From Macrostomum lignano (Eukaryota), in assembly GCA_002269645.1 (NCBI GenBank), contig NIVC01001655.1:62001-126000 (forward strand): a stretch of 64,000 bases of DNA. The letters are read 5' to 3'. The translations under genes and the position numbers were made by a program. Numbering within the stretch: the first letter of the stretch is position 1; each line of letters begins with the position of its first letter. The notes under the pieces are model-generated. The model made no database searches. It was given only the letters and a program-made list of their open reading frames with translations, and was not told the origin of the DNA. Positions 1 to 12,000 of the stretch are shown piece by piece.

Positions 1-175
1 GCCGCCTACCAAGAGACAGGGCCGCCTACCAAGAGACAGTGGCGCCTACCAAGAGACAGGGGCGCCCACCAAGAGACAGGGGAGCCCACCAAGAGACAGG
101 GGAGCCCACCAAGAGACAGGGGAGCCCACCAAGAGACAGGGGAGCCCACCAAGAGACAGGGGCGCCCACCAAGAC
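1..175. repeat. ~20-bp minisatellite (GCGCCCACCAAGAGACAGGG), truncated by the window start
   Basis: Tandem units read directly; reverse complement of the array at 16210-17915. Confidence 0.95.
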
Positions 176-465
176 TTTTTCAGTCCCTCATCCGCAGCGA
201 CTCAATGCATATCAGCCAGTCAACCATTATGGATGATGGGCAATGGTATCATGTCTTGGATTGCGCTAGCTTATTACGAGCTACTGTAAACAGATGCGTT
301 AACACAGGAGGCGCCATCGCTTTAAAAGCCAGAATATTCAAACGGCTTTTGTATTTATTTTTTACAAACTTTTGTTGGTAACATTACAAAACGTTTCGCA
401 TGCGATGCGGTTTTATAGTATTGATAGTATTGTGAAGGTGAAGAAGTTCGGGCATCGTAGGGCTG

Positions 466-1182
466 AGGGCTGTGAGTTTATCAGGGCTGTGAGTTTATCA
501 GGGGTGTGAGTTTATCAGGAGTGTCAGTTTATCAGGGGTGGAGTTTATCAGGAGTGTCAGTTTATCAGGGTGTGAGTTTATCAGGAGTGTCAGTTTATCA
601 GGGGTGTGAGTTTATCAGGAGTGTGAGTTTATCAGGAGTGTGAGTTTATCAAGGGTGTGAGTTTATCAGGGGTGTGAGTTTATCAGGAGTGTGAGTTTAT
701 CAGGAGTGTCAGTTTATCAGGGGTGTGAGTTTATCAAGGGTGTGAGTTTATCAGGGGTGTGAGTTTATCAGGAGTGTCAGTTTATCAGGGGTGTGAGTTT
801 ATCAGGAGTGTGAGTTTATCAGGAGTGTCAGTTTATCAGGGGTGTGAGTTTATCAGGAGTGTGAGTTTATCAGGAGTGTCAGTTTATCAGGGGTGTGAGT
901 TTATCAGGAGTGTCAGTTTATCAGGGGTGTGAGTTTATCAGGGGTGTGAGTTTATCAGGAGTGTCAGTTTATCAGGGGTGTGAGTTTATCAGGAGTGTCA
1001 GTTTATCAGGGTGTGAGTTTATCAGGAGTGTCAGTTTATCAGGGGTGTGAGTTTATCAGGAGTGTCAGTTTATCAGGGGTGTGAGTTTATCAGGAGTGTC
1101 AGTTTATCAAGGGTGTGAGTTTATCAGGGGTGTGAGTTTATCAGGAGTGTCAGTTTATCAGGGGTGTGAGTTTATCAAGGGT
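466..1182. repeat. 17-18-bp minisatellite (GTGTGAGTTTATCAGGA/GG)
   Basis: About 40 tandem units visible. Confidence 0.95.
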
Positions 1183-1287
1183 ATGACAGCACGATAGCTG
1201 TGAGGGTTTGAAGATGAGTTGATGTTTTAGGCAAGATTTGGGGATTTGTCAATCATTTGCCTTCGTCACCGCAGCCGGTCCGCGCCG

Positions 1288-1608
1288 TCACCCAGCCGCA
1301 ATGCTTAGCGTCATCCTCATCAGCAGCGCCAGCGCCAGCGTCGCCGACCTCAGCCGGACTGCCGAGTTGCAGAAGTCAGTCTGGCAGCAGAAGGACTCCG
1401 GGCTGGCCACGCACGCCTCCGAGGCAAAGCGAGACACCACATTGTTGGTGGTGAGCTTGACGCACCAGACACCCTGCTGGGAGCCCATCTGGGACAAGCT
1501 GAGGCCGTCACAGTTTGAGCAGGAGTAGCAGTTCACCTTAGCAGACAGGACCAGCTCAGGTGCTAGGAGCAAATAAATTGCTGGGAATAAAATTCTCAAC
1601 TGAAGCAT
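1288..1608 (-). CDS. Ly6/uPAR (three-finger, quiver/sleepless-like) small protein, predicted GPI-anchored, single exon, 106 aa
   Basis: ATG at 1608; signal peptide MLQLRILFPAIYLLLAPELVLS; CYSCxxC start; CCQTDFCN end motif; hydrophobic C-terminal tail; 8 Cys. Confidence 0.85.
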   Translation of the reverse strand: MLQLRILFPAIYLLLAPELVLSAKVNCYSCSNCDGLSLSQMGSQQGVWCVKLTTNNVVSRFASEACVASPESFCCQTDFCNSAVRLRSATLALALLMRMTLSIAAG

Positions 1609-2089
1609 CTCGGCTTTGACGGGGCTTTGGCCGGTTCTGCTCAAAAAATGAGATTTGGTGAGAGACTGAGATCTTCTCTATATAGAACTGTCACTTTTTT
1701 CGCTGAATGAAATGCTTTTCTCCGTATTATTTTTTAGCAACCAACCAAAGCCATCTGCAGCTAGCTAATTGATTTCCCTCATTTTAGACATTTCAAAGCC
1801 ATTTGCTCTGGCGTTTGAAGGCAATTTCCTCAGTAACAATGTACCCTCCGCATTCTGCTCTCTTTTGTCTGCTGATTTGCTTCTGGCAAAGCTCAAATTA
1901 TTGTCTCTCTGCGAGAGTATGCCCTTGTAGATTGCTTCTGAAAAATCTCAAGCGTCGCAGCAAGTGCCAATACGCGCTCGTAACAATACACGGAGAGAGA
2001 GAGGGAGAGGTTTGCATTCGAAACTCTATAGTTGGAAATATTGGTTACAGAGCAGGTTACTCGAAGCGCTGATATTTAGTAGCTTCAAA

Positions 2090-2600
2090 TGCCCCACTCT
2101 CTGCCCCAGTGCTACACCAACCCCACTCCCTGCCCCAGAGCTACACAAACCCCACTCCCTTCTCCAGAGCTGCACCAACCCCACTCCCTGCCCCAGTGCT
2201 ACACCAACCCCACTCCCTTCCCCAGAGCTACACCAACCCCACTCCCTTCCCCAGAGCTGCACCAACCCCACTCCCTGCCCCAGTGCTACACCAACCCCAC
2301 TGCCTTCCCCAGAGCTGCACCAACCCCACTCCCTGCCCCAGGGCTACACCAACCCCACTCCCTTCCCCAGAGCTGCACCAACCCCACTCCCTTCCCCAGT
2401 GCTACACCAACCCCACTCCCTGCCCAAGTGCAACACCAACCCCACTCCCTGCCCAAGTGCAACACCAACCCCACTCCCTGCCCAAGTGCAACACCAACCG
2501 CACTCCCTGCCCCAGTGCTACACCCACCCCACTCCCTGCCCCAGAGCTGCACCAATCCCACTCCCTGCCGCAGTGCTACACCAACCCCTCTCCATTCCTC
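2090..2600. repeat. 30-bp minisatellite (CCCCAGTGCTACACCAACCCCACTCCCTGC variants)
   Basis: Tandem units; produces repetitive ORFs in all three + frames. Confidence 0.95.
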
Positions 2601-2984
2601 AGTCATCCTATTTTCTCACTCAGTAATAGAGTAAGATGATGGAGTAAGATGATGATGAATAAGTAAGGCTTCAATGAAGAAAGTTTTTGCTAAAACAAGA
2701 TGTTATTAAGACTCTCGAAGTCTTGCCGTCAGTTGCCTAATTAGTTTTTAGAATTTTTTTCTTTTTCCAATGGTACTTACTAGTTTTTAAGACCCATTTT
2801 TAACGAAAATATTAATAGTGCTCAAACAATAATACAAGAGGTAATACTTTTTACCATATGAAAAACTACAAGCACCTGCATGTGCATACAAGGTATACGG
2901 ACGCTCTTTAACACAAAAAGATAACAAAGCGTTAGAAAGCGTGCAACTAAATTAATGGTCACCGCGACGCCGTTATCTCACACG

Positions 2985-3311
2985 TCAGCCACTGAAGCCA
3001 AGAATGTAAGCCACAGTAGCAACCGCTACAGTCAGCATCAGGACACTCGATCTGCCAACTGAAGGCGCAGCTTCGTTGCACAAGTCGGTGCTGCAGCAGA
3101 CGGTTGTGGAACTTGGTGTACAGGTTGGCACAGCGGCCCTGTTCACTGTGCTACCGTAGGTGGACTTCTGACACACCGAGTTTGTGGCGGTTAGCGTGCT
3201 GGAGGACACGGTGGCGCAGTCTGCGCAGCTGTAGCATTTCACAGCTGTGGTAGAGGATGTCAGCAGAGCCAGAGTCAGAAACGACACGATAACTAACACA
3301 CCAAGCTGCAT
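2985..3311 (-). CDS. Ly6/uPAR (three-finger) small protein paralog, predicted GPI-anchored, single exon, 108 aa
   Basis: Signal peptide MQLGVLVIVSFLTLALLTSSTTA; KCYSCADC...CCSTDLCN; hydrophobic tail VLMLTVAVATVAYILG; 8 Cys. Confidence 0.88.
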   Translation of the reverse strand: MQLGVLVIVSFLTLALLTSSTTAVKCYSCADCATVSSSTLTATNSVCQKSTYGSTVNRAAVPTCTPSSTTVCCSTDLCNEAAPSVGRSSVLMLTVAVATVAYILGFSG

Positions 3312-4662
3312 TATAGAGGCGCGTTCCTCTGAATCGATCAGCTATACTCGTTTCGAAAACAGCAAATTCCAGTTGAAAGATTTTCAGTCTGCTTTTAGTC
3401 GTGTCTCACTAACTATAAATGGCACAAAAAACCGAAAGCGCGGTGACTTTTTAATCGATTTTAGCATTAGAGAGGCTTGGCCTTGCACTTGGCACAGAGG
3501 TGGGGGGGTTGAAACAGACCAAAGAGACGGGAGAGAAAGGTACAGAGAGTGCACCTTCATTGTTTGCCATGCATAGCCATGCCTCACCTTGTGTGAGCGA
3601 ACGATCCATGCGTCAGAACTGCGTAGAAATTTTCTTCATAAACTCTTGAGCACGAATGCAGCACGAAGGCCGCTTGAGCAGCAGCTCAACTGGCTGGGAG
3701 ACAATGCAGAAAGCAGGAAATTTTCCGTATTCTCTATGCAGTTGACATTCGCAAATAGAATTTTGGAAGATTTTCACGGGTAAACATTCGATGCTATGCT
3801 GTTCACACAGGAATTTTTGTCTGTGTAGTACAGTGTAAGCAATTTGAGCACCCGAATAAATCGTTTGTTTAATTTTGTTTGATATCAGTCACGCTAAAAT
3901 TCTAGCAGCAGTTTCAACCGTCATTTAAAGGTTGATTAATCCGAAAAATTTATTGAATTGTCGTTAAATACTACTTGATAGTACGCAGTTTTTCTACTTC
4001 TAAAGATAGATTCAGACGTTAATTAGAGGCTAAATTTGAGGATTTGAGGATTAGTCAAATAAGCAACGAGGTACCACGAATTCCTCAGCATTCAGTATTT
4101 TTGGCCTAAAGAGGGACCTATCTTTGTGTCCCTTGTGCTGGCGTCCAGCCAACTGAACTGAAAAGGGGCGTCCGGCCCCTTTAATTTAAATGGCGCCCCT
4201 CCCCCCAAGACGCGACTTAATTTGACCCTAATGAAGAGTCCTGGCTACGCCTTAGTGTGTTATTAAGGTAGATGGATCTAATTTATCGTTGCTGTTTTTG
4301 CAAATCCAGGATGTTCTACAGTAGAATTTCTGAATAAAAAAATCTTTTATATCCACGATGTGAGAAAATACTGCTTGATTCGTGACTGCTAAGGCTTTGC
4401 ATAATTACGCAGCAATAAAGCAAATTAACTTGCGCAATACGTTGAGAAGAATGCACAAAAAACAAAGCGAGCCATAAATAACTGCCAAGAGATTTCAAGC
4501 AACAATTCAACCCCCTTTAGTCATTTAAGCGAGAAAATTTATGAATTTTTTTCTCATCCTTATACTGCTTTTAGCTGTATAAATACTCAACTCAAAAAGG
4601 GGCAAACTCAAAAAAGCGCCTCTAGAAATCTTATTTGCGAGCGACAACATCAAACACACAGA

Positions 4663-5357
4663 ATGGCCCACGCCCAGTTTGCCCAGGTTAATAGGCACAA
4701 TCTACAGGTGCAGGAGACTAGCAAGAGAGCTTCTGTAGCCAATGACCCCATCGCTCGGCTCATGTACTACCTGAAGTGCGTCGAGAATGTCGACTGCGGA
4801 GACTTCCCATCCTACATGACTGACTACGCGAACTACCGGAGGCTGAGCCAGAACCAGCGCAACAGCATCATCGCAACGGCCAGTCGGAATGAACCAGATG
4901 ATGTGTGAGAAAAATTATTTTCCTTTTTGAGTATCATGGCAAATCGTTGTATATGTGTCCATCGAAATACCCTACAGACTTCTGTTTGTGGAAGTGGACG
5001 AACTGCCGGACAATGACGCTAACAAGTTCCTGCAGCTGTCCGCCCAGGAGGAGAGCTTGACCGCCTTCGGCATCCGAGGCGGCGGTCAGGCCATGATGGG
5101 GCTGCGAAGGCAGCTGGGCAACAAGCAGAAGCTCATCGACATCATGGTGCACACCGATTCGTGGGCTCAGCACAACTATTACCGACCCCTGAAGCAGCTC
5201 ACTGAAGACAGCGACAGCGACGACGACTCTGACGCGGCGGCTGCAGCTGTCGGCATGCTGATGCTGTTCAGGTACAGGCCGAAAAATCATATTTTAATAA
5301 ATATCGTCACAAATCAACTTCAATCTCCTATGTGTTTGCAGAGCTCTACAGATGTAA
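4663..5357 (+). CDS. Uncharacterised protein, paralog A (3 exons)
   Basis: Exons 4663-4904, 4978-5271, 5342-5357; GT-AG introns of 73 and 70 nt, both phase 2; intron positions and terminal RALQM exon are conserved in paralog B. Confidence 0.8.
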
Positions 5358-7273
5358 GGGACGCAAGCTCCGTTGTTGCGGTTGTTGCAAGCGCAGCAAC
5401 CCTCACGGTGTAAAAATAACTCTGAATGCGGATCATCTTTACCAAACTCGTCTTTCGACTTTGTAATATATAACTCATTTTTGGTTTAAAAAAACTTATT
5501 TCAAGAAAGTATGCATAACTAAAAAACTGTTTTAAACTGGGAAACATTGATAACGCTGTGAGTGTTTATGTTATGTAACTGATCGTCCACATTACCTCTG
5601 GCTACATAACAGTTAAAATCCATATTTTTTGTGTTTTTTAATCTATCTGAAGACAAGGAGGGAATAAGTTTCATAAATACAAAATATGCGTACTGTTATA
5701 CATAAAATATTTCGGTAAATACACTCTATGCCAGGATCTAACTATATACATAGTAACGATAGTTTTCGCTATTGAAAGAAATTATTTGTCATGGTAAATT
5801 TTTAAACAGACATTGGGCTTGTTTTCTTTCGACGGACTCTGCATTATTTTTGTTCATAAATAAATCCCAATAACCTTATCATCGATCATCTCGTATGAAT
5901 TTGGGGTGTCAAAATATTATCGTTATAGTCGGTTAACAACCTTTAAACTTGTGAATTTTTATCGCTTCTAAATATAACAAGAAGTATGATTAAAATCTTG
6001 TTTATTCGTTAGTTTTTCATCAATTTAAATGTTTATCTAAATGATTCACATGATGAAAAACTGTCAATTCTTTTCTTAATTAATACTCCAACAAGTTAAA
6101 CTAGTTTTGTTTCGACTTTTTTCATTTGCAATGATCACGTGATTCTCACGCGAATGCGGATGATTTAAAAAATTTCTAGCTAGTTGTTTTTCCATGATGT
6201 GAGCTACTTTTTAGCTAGCTTGAGAGTCTTTTCTTTCTAATTTAGTTTAAACTTCTGTTTTTGAGCGAGCTACGAATGTACTGCTCAAGTGCAAAACAGC
6301 TTAAGACAATAAAACTAAGCGAAGACGCGAGATGAAAGTTCGAAAAAAAGAATGAAGAAAGCCAGCCTCGGTCATGGCTCAAGGGCTTACCTCAGTAATG
6401 AAAATATTTTTTCATTACTATTCATCCACATTCCCACCTACATACATTTTTGCCTCCGTACAAATTTTAAATTCCATTCTTTTGAAAAGTGCTTTGATGA
6501 AACTCGAAGTGAGTTTACATTTTACAGTGCCAAGAACTCGTGCAGCCACTCAGCCAGTGACCTAAACAGCAATGGCCAAATGTACAGGCCAAATATTAGC
6601 AGAAATACATTGCTTTGCAGACTATTTCGTGATGTTAAATGAGATATAAGATTGTTCTTAACATTTTTTTGTTTAAGCAACAGTTTTATCTAGATGAGTT
6701 CTGAAATTAAGCTGTTTGTTTTATTCATTCTCACAATCGTTTAACAACATTATCCGAATTGAGTAGCTAGCTAGTTGCTGCAGGAAAAACTGCGCGTTTT
6801 ACTTAGATGACAGCTGTATCGATGCTGAATTGAACTCCTAGCTACTTTTAATGCAGTTAAATGCTTTTAATACAACAGGCTCGCTTCTATTTCTGTATCT
6901 GTACATGTATCTGACTGCCACAAGCAACCTATCTGTCATTCTAACCTCCAAAAGCCGCCATATTGTTTGCGGCAGAGCATTCCAAAAAAACGAATGAGAG
7001 ACTTCGCTCGGCAGTTACATCCAAGATTTGCAAAAAAATATTTTTTAATTCACTCCATCCGGTTGAACTCTAAAATTCACCAACAATGCAAGCGAGAAAA
7101 ACAAGTTATCGTACAAAAGTACTCGAGCATAACTCACTTGCGCTCCACCAATTAAAACTCGTAAACCATTCGAAAATGGAGATATATAGACCTTACAGAG
7201 CGTTATGAAGCCTTTGGAGCTACGCGTCTCAAAGTAAACTGTCCAGCATCCGAGCAGATCTTCTAACTCAGCG

Positions 7274-7986
7274 ATGGCCCAGATTGCTCAGGTCAGCGGT
7301 CGCCGATTGCAGGTGACGGAGACCAGCAAGCGATGCACGGTACCAAACGATCCCATAGCCAGGCTGATGTACTACCTGAACTGCGTTGAGTGTGTCAGCT
7401 GCGGCAGCTTCCCGTCCTATATGACTAATTATGCCAATTATCGGCAGCTGAGCCCGGCCCAGCGGAGCAACATCATCGGCACGGCCAGGCGGAACGATCC
7501 GGACGAAGTGTGAGAGGACTCAAGCGCTTGCGCGGCTAGCCCTATCTGCCTACCTATCCTAACCCTAACCCTAACCCAATACTTGAATGCATGCATTCCC
7601 ACAGACTCTGCTTCGTGGAGGCAGACGAACTGCCCGACAATGACGCTAACAAGTTCCTGCAGCTGTCCGCCCAGGAGGAGAGCTTGACGGCCTTCGGCAT
7701 CCGAGGCGGCGGTCAGGCCATGATGGGGCTGCGAAGGCAGCTGGGAAACAGGCAGAATCTCATAAAAATCATGGTGCACACCGATTCGTGGGCTCACAAC
7801 AATTATTATCAACCGTTGAGGCAGCTCACGACGGGTGGCTCCGATGCGGCTTCTGCAGCCTTGGGGATGATCATGCTGCTCAGGTAATAATCTCCTCGAT
7901 ATAATTAAGGAACCTTATTAAATAATCTTTCTAATATTTATAAACTCACTTTCAAATTACTTTCCAGAGCTCTGCAAATGGATTAA
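7274..7986 (+). CDS. Uncharacterised protein, paralog B (3 exons)
   Basis: Exons 7274-7509, 7605-7883, 7968-7986; same intron phases as paralog A; shared motifs DPIARLMYYL, YANYR, MVHTDSWA, RALQM. Confidence 0.8.
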
Positions 7987-9091
7987 TATCAAAGAACAGG
8001 AACCGCCGTTGAATGAATTTCGCGTATTATATCTGAGAGGCGAGAGGCGCGACTTGAATACTTTTGATAATAACAGCCATATTTCAGTAGTTTGTATGTA
8101 TATATATCTACAGAAATATACGTTCGTTTTCTACGGTGTAACGTTGTATCATCGTTAAAACCCTCACGAAAACTGTTAGCACATGTAGAGCGGTTGCCAT
8201 GCTTTGAGTGTTTCATTGTGTATAGACTACTGGATAATACGCTCGTAATGTCCATTTTTGTTAATCTAATCTCATTACCTTTTTGTCTCTTCTCGATCTT
8301 TACGTGTTATAAGCAAACTTCTTATGAAAAATCTTTTTTAATTCTTTGACGTGTACAGTACAGTGCCATTTGCGGAAAAAAGCGTCACATCTATTCTCTT
8401 CTCATGTCCCGTTTGCATGGCAACTGTTCAGGTTTCAAGCTATATAGTATCTGCAAGTTGGACTTTACAATCGCTTGTAATATATTGTCATAATAGCAAT
8501 TATCAATTTCGGAGCCACTTCATGCCGTCATTAGCCTCTCACAGTCCTGGGAGTATAAAGAGTTCACACGAGACTTATGAAAGTAACATGTACAGAGAAT
8601 GTAAGAGAGAATTATGATTATTACGCTCGTTCGTATGCCGAATTAATTGAACAATATCATTTGTGATCAAAGCCGAGTGATAGCATGTTGTAGAATTAGC
8701 TATCGCTCCCATCAACTACATGAAAGAAATTTTTTGTCAGTTTTTTTAGTTAACAGTGTATTTGCCGGATAGATTTTAATTGCAGTAAGACTCAGAAAAT
8801 AAAGCTCTTAAATTGTGGTGCTAGAGGTTTTTGGACAGACTATAATTTCAAAGAGTGGCTTGAAAAATATTTAAAGAAATCTGCAAACTTCAAAGAGAGA
8901 AAAGTATTTTTGCAGCATGTGAAACGACATAGTCTGGACAATATAATAATATTTTTATTGAGTTTCAGCTATTTCACTGAGACATTCATTCTTTTTATTT
9001 TTTCAATCGGTTTTTCAACGATTTTTGGCGCCAATTCAAATAAAAATTTCATTGCAGCCAATTTAATTCATTATCAGACATCGATGCTTCT

Positions 9092-12000
9092 TTACTTGCG
9101 CGACGTGGACGAAGCCGAGCGCAGTTCGCGGGAGCCTCGGGCGCTGTCGGCGCCTCTCCCGAGGCCGCCAGAGGCAGCGGCAGTCGCCGTGTCGACGTCC
9201 CAGCGCTCCAGCTCGGCGCGCATCAGCTCCTCGGCGCGTCGGCTCCGTTCAGCCTCGTCGCTGCCGGCCCCCTCCATGCCAGACAGAGCGTCCAGCACGC
9301 GGGTCATCGCCTCGCGTCGGCGCAGCTTGGCCCGCTCCATCAGCTCCAGCTTGAGCAGTACGGAATCGATCTTCTGGACAATGTCGCCGATGCTCATCTC
9401 GACGCGGTCGACACGTTTAACCAAGACCTGCAAGGGTGACAATAGTAAGAGACTACCCGCTTTGAGCACTGCCGCAAATCGATGTGACAGTCGTCGTGAA
9501 GGCACTCTGGAATAGAAATGAAATATCATGGAACCTACCTGGAATTCAGCAGGGCTGACTAGCTTGCGTCCTCCGCCGCGGCCGCGACCTCCTCCGCCAG
9601 AAGTCCGGGTTGAAGCCGCGGTAGCAGCAGCCGGCAGAGCGTCTCCGTCGGCTTCCATTTCGTCCTCATCGTCGGGCTCAAGTTCTTCGTTCGCAGCTTG
9701 TTTGCTGTTAATCATCTGGTCGAGGTTTTCCTGGATTTTGGTAGACAAATGAGTGCATCTTATCGGCTTAAGTCAAAGATGCTAGATGCAAGTTAAAACA
9801 TTTTCCTGACTTAATTTGTAAACTTACACGCTGTCCCTCAAGCTCGAGGTGCATCTGACGCTGCTCCTCCTCATTGAGGACCCGATCTCCGTCCAGATCG
9901 AACTTGGCAAAGAGTGCTTCAATCTCGCCGTCAGCGTAACCGCGTCTACAATTTTTTTTTCATAGCGCACAGTGACTTCGCAAAACTTAGCATCTCTTAA
10001 AAAACATCTACAAAAATATCCAGCCATACTTTTAAAAATGTGACCCATATACCAGGCGATCCTTTTACAGGTGACTTTTACCAGGTAATTCTTTACCAGG
10101 TGACCGTTTTACCGGTGACCGTTTTTCCAGGTGACCCTTTTACCGTGACCGTTTTACCAGGTGACCGTTTTACCAGGTGACCCTTTTACCAGGTGACCGT
10201 TTCCAGGTGACCCTTTTACCAGGTGACCCTTTTACCAGGTGACCGTTTTACCAGGTGACCGTTTTACCAGGTGACCCTTTTACCAGGTGACCGTTTTACC
10301 AGCATCTTTTACCAGGTGATCCTTTTACCAGTGACCGTTTTACCAGGTGACCATTTTACCAGGTGACCGTTTTACCAGGTGACCCTTTTACCAAGTGACC
10401 GTTTTACCAGGTGACCCTTTTACCAGGTGACCGTTTTACCAGGTGACCCTTCTACCAGGTGACCCTTTTACCAGGTGACCCTTTTACCAGGTGACCCTTT
10501 TACCAAGTGACCCTTTTACCAGGTGACCCTTTTACCAGGTGACCCTTTTACCAAGTGACCGTTTTACCAGGTGACCCTTTTACTTCTAGTTGGTAACACT
10601 TCTGGGTAAAATTATATAGCTCATATATTGAATATAGAGTTTGCTCACTGTTTCAGCTCAGCCCTCCACTCCTCAAAGTCCAGCTGCTTGTCATTGTTGA
10701 GATCGGCCGATTGAATGGCCTTCTGAATGTCGACAATCTTGTCGCGACGCAAATTCAATTTCGACAGCATCCGACTGGCCCTCTGCTTGAAATAGTCGGT
10801 CATTTCGAATTCGTTCTGCTGCATTGACAGGTCAGACTTCACCTGGCTGTAGGTGTCGTTATGATGGCCAGGAACATGTTGATCAGCACGAAGAAGACGA
10901 AGAACACATACAGGATGAAGAAGATCGGTCCCAGTACGCGATTGGCAGTTTGCAGCGAGTTGAAATCGAAGTCGCCCAAGATGATGCGGAACAGGGTGAA
11001 CACCGACTGCTGGAACTCGCGGAAGTCTTTCACCTGGGTGCCGAAGATCAGGTAGCCCAGCTGGGCGAAGGCGAAGAACACAATGAAAAACATGATAGCA
11101 AAGCCCATCAGATCCTTGGCGCAGGCGCCCAGAGTGGAGCTGAGCTGCGTCATGGTCTTGTTGAAGCTGATGTACTTGAAGATCTTCACCCAGGCGAAGA
11201 ACACCGTGATGGCAATGCCGTGGTTGAACTGCTGCTGCCAGTAGGACAGGAAGTCAAAGTCAGGAAAGTTATTCTCGTCTTGCAGCAGGGTGGTGAGCTT
11301 CTGGCCCACCGCGACGGTCCGGTAGACGTTAAACGCAGCACAAACAGTGCTGATGACAATGACAAGGATGTCCAGACAGTTCCAGAAGCAGCGGAAGTAG
11401 CGCCACTTGTGCTTCTTGATCTCGAGGGCCTCCTCAACAATGTAGTAAAGGATGAAGAGCATGAAGACGCACTCGCAGGCTAAGATGAAGTAGTCCATGG
11501 GCTCAACGTAGCGCAGCAGCTTGACGGTACGCAGATCCCAGGTGGGTAGACAGCCACCTGTACATTAAATGCGACAGAGCACAGTTTGTATGATCAAAGC
11601 GAGTGATATTGGCGTAGATGAATTGCTGTTTCTCTATTTGGAAGCCGAATCGTTTGTTAAGGACCTTCTGCAGTATTTTTGCTAAACTCGCCTACGCTAG
11701 AGGTTCGGAAAAGTCCGGCCCGCAAAGCCTCTCCGGCCCGCAAAGCCTCTCCGGCCCGCAAAGCCTCTCCGGCCCGCAAAGCCTCTCCGGCCCGCAAAGC
11801 CTCTCCGGCCCGCAAAGCCTCTCCGGCCCGCAAAGCCTCTCCGGCCCGCAAAGCCTCTCCGGCCCGCAAAGCCTCTCCGGCCCGCAAAGCCTCTCCGGCC
11901 CGCAAAGCCTCTCCGGCCCGCAAAGCCTCTCCGGCCCGCAAAGCCTCTCCGGCCCGCAAAGCCTCTCCGGCCCGCAAAGCCTCTCCGGCCCGCAAAGCCT

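Noticed and set aside
1964-2639. Pro/Thr-rich mucin- or extensin-like ORFs
   Set aside because: 30-bp minisatellite open in all three frames; no signal peptide or splice support.
10824-11483. Antisense ORFs over PKD2, annexin, otopetrin and Cys-loop exons (e.g. 10824+, 12929+, 20564+, 29695-, 48763-)
   Set aside because: Shadow ORFs caused by high GC3 codon bias of the real genes on the opposite strand.
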